56,868 bases of DNA, taken from contig CAZXWN010000001.1 in NCBI GenBank assembly GCA_964644695.1, positions 62,001-118,868 on the forward strand, written 5' to 3'. Positions 9,696 to 17,511 of the stretch are shown here, piece after piece; position 1 is the stretch's first letter, and each line of letters opens with the position of its first letter. The position numbers and the translations under genes were made by a program. The notes below the pieces were generated by a model. The model saw only the letters and a program-made list of their open reading frames with translations. It was not told the origin of the DNA and made no database searches. The DNA is from an uncultured bacterium. Its GTDB lineage: Bacteria; UBP4; UBA4092.

Positions 9696-10412
9696 ATGGC
9701 GACTAAAAATCATAGACCTGGTAAACCTTATACCAATGGATTGTTATCTAAAACGGATTTTACTACTCAAGACACCTGGCGTATCTTTCGTATCATGGCA
9801 GAATTTGTTGAAGGTTTTGAGTTGTTATCCAATGTGGGGCCTGCTGTTTCCATATTCGGATCCGCTCGGGTAAAACCCGGTGAACAGGATTATGAGACGA
9901 CTGTTAAAATCGCCTATGGGTTGGCAAAAAAAGGTTTTACCATTATTACTGGGGGTGGGCCTGGAATCATGGAAGCTGGGAATAAGGGTGCCCATGATGC
10001 GGGTGGCGAGTCGATAGGATTGAATATTGAATTACCCCATGAACAATACCCCAATCCATACACAACCTTGGAAATGGATTTCCATTATTTCTTTTGCCGA
10101 AAAGTCATGTTTGTAAAATATGCAGATGCTTTTGTGATTATGCCGGGTGGTTTTGGAACCCTGGATGAACTTAGTGAAGCCGTTACCTTAATACAAACGA
10201 ATAAAATAAAGAAGTTTCCCGTTATTTTATTCGGTGTTGACTATTGGAAGCCTTTGGTAAACTGGATTCGGGAAACACTATTGGGTCAAGGTAAAATAAC
10301 CGAAGATGATTTTAATCTGATTTGTATGACTGATGACCCTCAGGAAGTTATTGATATCATTGTCAAAGATTATGCAAAAAACGGTAATAAGGGGACTTTT
10401 AATGCACAGTGA
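9696..10412 (+). CDS. LOG-family nucleotide phosphoribohydrolase (TIGR00730-type)
   Basis: IFGSAR, TGGGPGIMEA, RKVMFVK, PGGFGTLDEL; RBS AAGGA before ATG 9696. Confidence 0.92.
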   Translation: MATKNHRPGKPYTNGLLSKTDFTTQDTWRIFRIMAEFVEGFELLSNVGPAVSIFGSARVKPGEQDYETTVKIAYGLAKKGFTIITGGGPGIMEAGNKGAHDAGGESIGLNIELPHEQYPNPYTTLEMDFHYFFCRKVMFVKYADAFVIMPGGFGTLDELSEAVTLIQTNKIKKFPVILFGVDYWKPLVNWIRETLLGQGKITEDDFNLICMTDDPQEVIDIIVKDYAKNGNKGTFNAQ

Positions 10413-11247
10413 GTTGACGACAAAACAGGACATTATCCTGCATGGATGGGGTGGTGCTGGTTTATTGATTGTGACATTGATTCTGTCTGGTATGGGGATT
10501 CCCTTTTTTACGGGATTTTTTTATCCACTGGCACTAACGGCCATTATCCTCATTTTGGATGGAATAGTCCTGCAATATTCCGGTAAATCCTTGATAGGTG
10601 ACAGAATCCATGAATTGATATTAATGGCACCGTTGTCTGTCATGGCATGGTCATTATTGGAAATATACAACTTGTTTACTGCGAACTGGAATTATCAGGG
10701 CTTGAATGCTGAGTCATGGCTTCAGTTTGTATATTTTGGATGGTTATTTGCATTGTTTCTTCCGTTGACAGTGATTATTGCGGAAGGAATACAGGCGATT
10801 AGTTCCGAGGATTTGAAACCCAGACGGGCTGATTTCCTGAATGGAATGCCGTTGTTTTGGGCAATGATTTTCGGGGGATTGTGTGTTACCCTGCCGGTCA
10901 TATTCCCGGGAAAACTGGGTGTCCTGCTGTTCTCTGCAGGAGGAATTGTTGTTCTGGAATGTATTAATCTGACGGCAGGCCGTCCTTCTTTTACCTCCAT
11001 GTATATGGAAGGTCGAATTAAGTTGGCGGGTTATTTCTATCTGGCAGGACTTTTCGTATTTGGTCTTTTACTTCCTTCAATGGGTATCTTTTCTGGACTG
11101 AAAATCGTTTATCAATTCGATTCCCCCTATGCATATAAAATCGTCGGGTTATTGTTAAAAGGTCTGTGGGGTCTCTACCTGATAGAATTTTATTGGCTGA
11201 TGACGGGATTCAAGGGATTCATCGGTTCAGCGGAAGCCGCTGATTAA
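10402..11247 (+). CDS. Uncharacterised multi-pass membrane protein
   Basis: About 8 hydrophobic segments. Start overlaps the end of the LOG gene; stop overlaps the convergent GH57 stop. Confidence 0.7.
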   Translation: MHSELTTKQDIILHGWGGAGLLIVTLILSGMGIPFFTGFFYPLALTAIILILDGIVLQYSGKSLIGDRIHELILMAPLSVMAWSLLEIYNLFTANWNYQGLNAESWLQFVYFGWLFALFLPLTVIIAEGIQAISSEDLKPRRADFLNGMPLFWAMIFGGLCVTLPVIFPGKLGVLLFSAGGIVVLECINLTAGRPSFTSMYMEGRIKLAGYFYLAGLFVFGLLLPSMGIFSGLKIVYQFDSPYAYKIVGLLLKGLWGLYLIEFYWLMTGFKGFIGSAEAAD

Positions 11248-13409
11248 ATAAAATCAATCTTCCGTTTTATCGATACTTCCCAATGTTCTCCTGGTGATAA
11301 AGTGATATCCCAGGTGGGAAGTAAAACAGTGCTTTGATATATTTTCTCAAAGCCTGATTCAGATAAGGAAATTGTTTCAACCGGATATCTCCATAAATCA
11401 CAGGGGATGCTGAATTCCATATTACAATCTATTTTCTGCCAGTCATCTTTTATCCCAACTTTTAGTACTTCTGGATGGGCCTCTTTGTGAGCTAGTTTGG
11501 TATCTCCAATCTGCCGGTCGGGAATGTAAACAATACGATCATGGGCATAACCCGCTTGTAAAGCATAATTGAATTCAACCCCAAATTTGAAAGAGACCGT
11601 TTCACTTCCCAGATTTGTCAGAGTGTATTTGACTGGAGTATTGTTGCTGTTGGGAGAGAATTGAATTTCTTTTATGATTCGAAAGGGTATTTCTTTCTCT
11701 GCAAGATGGATGTTTTGGTGATTACGGAGATAGAGAGTGATATTTTCACCCTCCTGCTTCCAAACCGATTCGTAAGCCGTCTTGTAAAAGTCCCCCAGCT
11801 CTTGATAATGAACCTGATACACATCATCCAACTGGGTATGCAGTGGCATAATGTGATCAATATATGAATGTCTTGGATGGATATCGATATACAGCTTCTT
11901 TTCCAAATCAGGTTCTTTGGCTAACACCAGGTCATGAATAGAGGGCGAAGAACCATCAGGATTCTTTTGAACAGGCCCAATATGGATGGTGCCTTTCTTT
12001 AGTTTTTCATGGTAGGCTTCAGGTTTCCGGGAAAGAGTATCTAATAAATTCAATGAGAGTTTTCGGATATCTTCTTCAAACAGGGCTCCCCCTCTTGCCG
12101 GAGAAAAATACCAGCTCATTTGGTCTGAATCCAGGAGTAATTCAGTATTTCCATCACAATCTATATCTGTTTCCTCAATAGTTAAAAAGGGTTTTGATTT
12201 GTGTCGGAACGCATCGGTCAGTGTCTCCGCTTTGATTAAATTCTGGTATAAAGCGGACCTCAGATGAGGCAGGTAAAGTCCTCCAAATATCCCATGCCAA
12301 TATCCGCAATTGGTTTGACCCGCATATAAATAGTCTTTAATTAAATCCAGTTGAGACGTGGAAATTGCAGACTCCGTTAATTGAGATACTTTATGGCTTA
12401 CCCGGAGCATCTTTTTGTGCAGTTGATTACTTTCTGGATACTTTGCCAGGAAGTTTCGCCAAAAACCACCCCGGATAAAGGATTTATTCTTACGGTAAAT
12501 ATCTTTTTGTTTCAGATCCTCGACCAGTGAATCATATTGCAAAATTGCCTGTACAGGCATGGCCCATTCCATCATTTCAGTGTAGGATGCTGTTGGAAGA
12601 TATATTTTGCCCAGAGGTTTAACCATCTTCAGACATTCCTGAAAAGTAATTAAATGGATCCAGTCCGCATTCTTTTCTAAAGCTGTAAAGAAGTTTTCTA
12701 ACCAGCCATCTGTATAGCAATGGTCATAAGTTCCGGGCCATCCCCCAAACTTCTCGCCATCATCTGCCATTACAACGACTGGAATCCCCTGGTGATTATT
12801 TCGGACATAGTTTAGATAATCGAGAGTATCTTCCACTTTCTGAAAAGGAATTGTGTAGCGGAGTTTCTCACTGATGGGGAAGACGGCTAGTGTTTTTCCC
12901 TGATCCTCAGTCAAATAATATCCCCATGTCTCATTTTCCTGTAATCCAGCAGAACGAAAATGAGAGTCATCTGTGACGGTGTAGGCTATCCCGGCATCCA
13001 CCAGATAACTGGCTAATTGGGGTTCCCAGACCCTTTCTGCCAGCCAGAATCCTTTTGGATGAGTTCCGGTATGGTGATAGATAAATTCGGTTTGTTTTCT
13101 GATTTGCCCCTGTTTATCGTTATCGGGTATCACCGATAAAATGGGTTCATAAAATCCCCCCGTCATCATTTCAACCTGATTACGATTCACCAGTTCTTGA
13201 ATAATAGGGGATATCTCAGGGTGGTGATTCTTTAGCCATTGATGCAGGATTCCGGTATAGTGCAGGGATACCCGAATCTTGGGATGGTTTTGCAACGCAA
13301 GGAGAAGGGGAAGATAAGCTTTCTGGGTCGTTTCTTCAAAAACAAAGTCAAAGTTACCCACGGGTTGATGTGAATGAAAACCAAGAATCAAATAAACTGG
13401 GACTGTCAT
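11244..13409 (-). CDS. GH57 alpha-amylase / 4-alpha-glucanotransferase
   Basis: HSHQPVGN, WLAERVW (nucleophile Glu), DDGEKFG, YWHGIFGGLYLPHLR. Confidence 0.93.
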   Translation of the reverse strand: MTVPVYLILGFHSHQPVGNFDFVFEETTQKAYLPLLLALQNHPKIRVSLHYTGILHQWLKNHHPEISPIIQELVNRNQVEMMTGGFYEPILSVIPDNDKQGQIRKQTEFIYHHTGTHPKGFWLAERVWEPQLASYLVDAGIAYTVTDDSHFRSAGLQENETWGYYLTEDQGKTLAVFPISEKLRYTIPFQKVEDTLDYLNYVRNNHQGIPVVVMADDGEKFGGWPGTYDHCYTDGWLENFFTALEKNADWIHLITFQECLKMVKPLGKIYLPTASYTEMMEWAMPVQAILQYDSLVEDLKQKDIYRKNKSFIRGGFWRNFLAKYPESNQLHKKMLRVSHKVSQLTESAISTSQLDLIKDYLYAGQTNCGYWHGIFGGLYLPHLRSALYQNLIKAETLTDAFRHKSKPFLTIEETDIDCDGNTELLLDSDQMSWYFSPARGGALFEEDIRKLSLNLLDTLSRKPEAYHEKLKKGTIHIGPVQKNPDGSSPSIHDLVLAKEPDLEKKLYIDIHPRHSYIDHIMPLHTQLDDVYQVHYQELGDFYKTAYESVWKQEGENITLYLRNHQNIHLAEKEIPFRIIKEIQFSPNSNNTPVKYTLTNLGSETVSFKFGVEFNYALQAGYAHDRIVYIPDRQIGDTKLAHKEAHPEVLKVGIKDDWQKIDCNMEFSIPCDLWRYPVETISLSESGFEKIYQSTVLLPTWDITLSPGEHWEVSIKRKIDFI

Positions 13410-13453
13410 AGATCCCTCCTGACTTTCTATAAGCGTATCCTTATTACATCAAA

Positions 13454-13927
13454 TCAAAGAAATGGCTTAATGTCCAGTTCTGGGTCTGTGGGAACAGCAC
13501 GGCCCTCTATTTTAATTCCTTTTGACAGTAATGTTCTCAATGCTGTTTTGTCTTCGTCACTGATTGATATGGAGGGTGATATTTGGGTTTTGCCTGGTTC
13601 ATACCGCATCCCACCAATATTGAGGCTGGTGATGGTCACTCCTGACTCAACAAAACTTAATACATCACTGGGCCGTGAAAAGAGAATGATAGTTCGGTTG
13701 TCAGTATCCGCATTACTTTGGAAAAACTCGACCGCTTTATTTAGGGTAAGAATTGAAGATTTTATTTCCAGGGGGACTGCCATTTCATAAAGCAAACACT
13801 GGGTAGGGTCTTCAGCAACCTGATTATCAATAATCATAATGTGATTGGCTTTTAAAACGGGAGCCCACCCTACAACGACTTGCCCATGGATTAATCGGTC
13901 ATCAACCCGAGCTAATACGATTGACAT
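13454..13927 (-). CDS. PTS mannose/fructose/sorbose-family EIIB
   Basis: RVDDRLIHGQV, LNIGGM. Confidence 0.93.
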   Translation of the reverse strand: MSIVLARVDDRLIHGQVVVGWAPVLKANHIMIIDNQVAEDPTQCLLYEMAVPLEIKSSILTLNKAVEFFQSNADTDNRTIILFSRPSDVLSFVESGVTITSLNIGGMRYEPGKTQISPSISISDEDKTALRTLLSKGIKIEGRAVPTDPELDIKPFL

Positions 13928-14361
13928 CAGGACACCCCTTCATCTGTTTTTTGTTTATTCAGTTTCTCTCGATATATCTCGCTGATAAAGACTATTCCCC
14001 GTTTTCCACCACTTTCGGTTTTTAGGGCTAAATCTTTCAGGTTAAGTCTTGATTGATAACAGAGGGCTTCCATTAACATATTCAGATTGACGCCAGTCAC
14101 TATCTCGCAATTTATCTTTGACATTACAGAAAGGCTGATATTTGCCGGACTCCCCCCAAATCCATCTGCCAGAATTAATACTCCATCTCCAGTGTCGAGC
14201 CGTTGAGCCGCTTCTAATATCCTGGCTCGTACTTCCTCTGTATTATCTTGAGGTTGAATGGAAATGGATTCTGTTTGCTGGATTTGGCCGTATATTTTGC
14301 GGCAAGCATTTAATAACTCTTCGCCTAGACTGCAATGGGTAATGATGATAATTCCAACCAT
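13927..14361 (-). CDS. PTS mannose/fructose-family EIIA
   Basis: IIIITH, DGFGGSPAN, GVNLNML. Confidence 0.92.
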   Translation of the reverse strand: MVGIIIITHCSLGEELLNACRKIYGQIQQTESISIQPQDNTEEVRARILEAAQRLDTGDGVLILADGFGGSPANISLSVMSKINCEIVTGVNLNMLMEALCYQSRLNLKDLALKTESGGKRGIVFISEIYREKLNKQKTDEGVS

Positions 14362-14596
14362 GGTATCCCTCGATGGATGTCGCTGTTTGAAAAGAAAATC
14401 CTAACAATTAAAGCAATTTTGGGCAAGTGTGGGATTAAAGTATAAATAATGTGTGAATTTAACTGACGTGTGCTATTCTTACACCGTAAATATAAATATT
14501 TGAATTAGTATTGTTGAAATGTTCATTGATCATTGAAATCGGTTGAAAAAGAAGGGCTTTTTTGTGCCACTTTGAAAATATTTAATATAAAAGTGC

Positions 14597-14625
14597 TTGA
14601 CAGTCCTTGGACCATGATATATATT
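14597..14625 (+). promoter_or_regulatory. Sigma70-type promoter P1 of the surface-protein gene
   Basis: TTGACA (14597-14602), 17 bp spacer, TATATT (14620-14625). Confidence 0.65.
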
Positions 14626-14679
14626 TGAAACAACGAAAGGGAACCCCCCTTTTGGAATCTAAAACGAGGTTAAGAACCG

Positions 14680-14809
14680 GCAAAAAAACCATAGTGTAGC
14701 AGTCAAAAACATAAATAAGTGTTTATGATTGCAACAAGTGCTTAAAAGTTATCGCACTGAACAAATTGATTTGGTTTTATAATCTAGATCAAAAGGATGG
14801 TTTTTTTGT
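14680..14809 (+). ncRNA. Candidate structured leader RNA (four-way junction)
   Basis: CAAAAAAACCAT (14681-92) pairs with ATGGTTTTTTTG (14797-808) and encloses three hairpins. Folded by eye; no known family recognised. Confidence 0.4.
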
Positions 14810-14831
14810 GAAGAATTTTGCCCCCAAGGAC

Positions 14832-14860
14832 TTGACACAGTCCGCCGTCTTCTCTAAACT
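14832..14860 (+). promoter_or_regulatory. Sigma70-type promoter P2 of the surface-protein gene
   Basis: TTGACA (14832-37), 17 bp spacer, TAAACT (14855-60). The -10 is flanked by the inverted repeat CGTCTTC/GAAGACG. Confidence 0.65.
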
Positions 14861-14915
14861 GAAGACGTCAAAAAATATTTCAAACAATTTTACTAGAGAA
14901 AGGAGGGATATTATT

Positions 14916-16562
14916 ATGAAAAAATGCTTATCGCTTATTGCGATTCTCGGCCTTATTGCTTCCACTTCCTTTGCGGCGGCTCCGAATTTTCCGGAAGTTC
15001 CGTCCGTTAAGATCGCTACCGGTCAGGGCTTAACCCCTGCATTCGATTTAGCGGCTTATAACACCGGTGATGCGGCGACTACTGCTTCCGTGGTGACTAA
15101 CCCATCTAATCTTTCTGCTCTCTCTACTACTTTTGCGAGCGGCGTGATTACTGTGGCTAATGTCAATTATGGAACGTATTCTCTGTCTTCCGCCTTCAGC
15201 TTCACTTATCGTTTTGCCAATGAAGGTGGTTCCGCCAATGCTTCCAACAAAGCCAAATATTCAAATAACCGTATGAAGAAATTACCTGTCGTCGGTTTGA
15301 ATGTTGGTAGTTCTGTTGACATTCCTGTTGGTAACTATGTCGTAGGTACCTATCCGGCTTCCTTCGGCAACACTGGTGCTTTAGCATTTGACACCACCAA
15401 GGTCTCCGCTAGCTGGTATGGTAATGCTACCGTTCGCGTGACTCTGTTAACTGCGATTTCCGCCCCTGTTAAAGTCGGCGTGATTGCTTCTCAGGCAGCA
15501 ACTCAGTTCTATGGTGATGTTGATAAGGAAGAAATTACCGTTGCTCAGAATCTGTTAACTGGTTACACCTTTGATACCAATGAAGTAGCCTCTGCTTTCG
15601 GCTATGAACAGGATATCTATACGGTGAAAGCCACTGAGACATATGACTCTGCTGAAAAAGCTCTGAAGCTCGCTTTAGTTGCTAATTCCGGTGTCAAGAT
15701 GACTCAGTCTCTCGCTAACTGGGTTAACGTTCAACAGGGTAACTGGTACATTGCACGCGCTCGCGTAAAAGCCAGTGCTGCTGGTACCCAGACCAAGTTG
15801 TTCGTCTACAATGGTAACCCCGGTGTTGATGCGACTATTGACCTTATGGCCAATATTCCACTTAGCACTGGTACCAGCTATGAATGGGTTGAAGCTCCTT
15901 TCTATGTGTATTCAAACTACACAATTAAGAATGCTTTCCTCCAGATTCATGTTGAGGGTTCTTCCGGAAGCTGGTGGCTCGATGAACTTCAGTTGATCAA
16001 AGCCACTCCGAACCTGATGAATACTCGTGCAATCAGCAATCTGAAAGTTGCTGCTGGTACATTCAGTACCTCCAGTCTCGCAGGTTGGGGTGCCGTTGAA
16101 TCTTATGATGGTTCTGTAGGTTATCAGGTTCCTGCTAACAGCATAGTCTCCGGTAAATACACCGTTGATTTTGCTGGCGCAGGTGCTGGTACAGCTGCTA
16201 AGGGTCTGAAATTGACCTTTGCTTCAGCTCCTGGCGTTCCTCAGGCTTTCGCTTCTGATAGCAATGAAATCGGTATGTCTATGAACGTAACCAAGGTTAG
16301 TGGTGCCTTTAGCAATCTTGACTCTGTCATCTTGATGGCAATGTTAGGTTATAATGGTGCTTCACTCAACCAGGTTTCCGCCATGGCTCAGTTAGGTGCA
16401 TTGACTTTCGGTGACTATTATTTAGCCTCTGATGGTCGTAGTGCTACTTACAATTCTCAGTTCATGACTAAGAATGGTGCCGCTGGTGTCCAGACTATCG
16501 ACAACGTTGATATGATGAAGGACTTAGACGGTTACGTCTTCGGTGATGCTAACCTCTTTTAA
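14916..16562 (+). CDS. Abundant secreted surface protein, S-layer-like
   Basis: Sec signal MKKCLSLIAILGLIASTSFA; Ala/Ser/Thr/Val/Gly/Asn-rich; strong GCT/GGT/ACT/TCT/AAC/TTC codon bias as in rpsI; RBS AAGGAGG; own terminator. The S-layer role is inferred. Confidence 0.6.
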   Translation: MKKCLSLIAILGLIASTSFAAAPNFPEVPSVKIATGQGLTPAFDLAAYNTGDAATTASVVTNPSNLSALSTTFASGVITVANVNYGTYSLSSAFSFTYRFANEGGSANASNKAKYSNNRMKKLPVVGLNVGSSVDIPVGNYVVGTYPASFGNTGALAFDTTKVSASWYGNATVRVTLLTAISAPVKVGVIASQAATQFYGDVDKEEITVAQNLLTGYTFDTNEVASAFGYEQDIYTVKATETYDSAEKALKLALVANSGVKMTQSLANWVNVQQGNWYIARARVKASAAGTQTKLFVYNGNPGVDATIDLMANIPLSTGTSYEWVEAPFYVYSNYTIKNAFLQIHVEGSSGSWWLDELQLIKATPNLMNTRAISNLKVAAGTFSTSSLAGWGAVESYDGSVGYQVPANSIVSGKYTVDFAGAGAGTAAKGLKLTFASAPGVPQAFASDSNEIGMSMNVTKVSGAFSNLDSVILMAMLGYNGASLNQVSAMAQLGALTFGDYYLASDGRSATYNSQFMTKNGAAGVQTIDNVDMMKDLDGYVFGDANLF

Positions 16563-16580
16563 TTGAAAAGTTAAAAGAAT

Positions 16581-16612
16581 AAACCCGCAGAGGAAACTCT
16601 GCGGGTTTTTTT
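16581..16612 (+). terminator. Intrinsic terminator, probably bidirectional
   Basis: AAACCCGCAGAG-GAAA-CTCTGCGGGTTT followed by a T run. Confidence 0.92.
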
Positions 16613-16640
16613 ATTCATTATTTTATTGAGTTACAGGTTG

Positions 16641-17510
16641 TTATTTCCTTGCGTATAGGGTGAATTCGCCGGTTGGGAAGGGAAAACTTTTATATTTAAC
16701 AGGACTATTCCCAATGATTGATTGCAGTACTTTAGGAATAAATGAATTGTAATGGAATATTCTGTTTATCAATACATCAAGATTAAGGATTTTGTGGCAT
16801 CTCTTGATTGCTATAGGAGTACAATGGATCTTATTTAGAAATCCAGATAAAGATTGCTTATCAAAGAAATAGCTATGCTCAAAAGGCTTATAATGGAACC
16901 AGAACCTTCTCATAATAAACTGCGAAAAACTACCGTTATCTGGAGTGTTAATAACAATTAATCCATTGGGTTTCAATATTCGGCCTATCTCCGTGAAAGC
17001 TTTATTGACATCCTGAACATGTTCTATAACATCAAAAAGTGTGATAACATCATATGAATTATTGGGTATAGTATTTAGTTCAATTGTGCCTTTGTGGATA
17101 GTGTGACCGAACTGTTTAATCCCATAGTCACGCGCAAAATCAGAGCGTTCTAACCCTTCTGCATGAAGGTTATGTTCTTTACAAACATTCAGAAAAAAGC
17201 CCACAGCACACCCAACATCCAGAATGTTTTGAGGCGAGGGATTTATTACCAGTATCTCATCCAAAATGGTTTTGAACCAGGCTTCATTGATTTCTTGTGT
17301 GGAAATATAGTCTCCATAACCAAATTTCTGAACAAACTGGGTATTAAAGTATTCCGAAGAGTTATATCTTTGGTTGCTGCACTCCGCCGGTTCTTGTGGA
17401 AAAACAAAGTAAAAATTGCACTGACAGCATTTATTGATCCAGAAACCATCCTTTTTATACATCTTTTTTATTGCGGATGATCCACATAATTCACATATTG
17501 GAGTATTCAT
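16641..17510 (-). CDS. Class I SAM-dependent methyltransferase with N-terminal Cys cluster
   Basis: CELCG...CCQC, ILDVGCAVG, DVIEH, ILKPNG. Confidence 0.9.
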   Translation of the reverse strand: MNTPICELCGSSAIKKMYKKDGFWINKCCQCNFYFVFPQEPAECSNQRYNSSEYFNTQFVQKFGYGDYISTQEINEAWFKTILDEILVINPSPQNILDVGCAVGFFLNVCKEHNLHAEGLERSDFARDYGIKQFGHTIHKGTIELNTIPNNSYDVITLFDVIEHVQDVNKAFTEIGRILKPNGLIVINTPDNGSFSQFIMRRFWFHYKPFEHSYFFDKQSLSGFLNKIHCTPIAIKRCHKILNLDVLINRIFHYNSFIPKVLQSIIGNSPVKYKSFPFPTGEFTLYARK

Positions 17511-17511
17511 T

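Noticed and set aside
14766-14915. 50 aa N-terminal extension of the surface protein
   Set aside because: The signal peptide and strong SD point to ATG 14916; the extension covers promoter P2.
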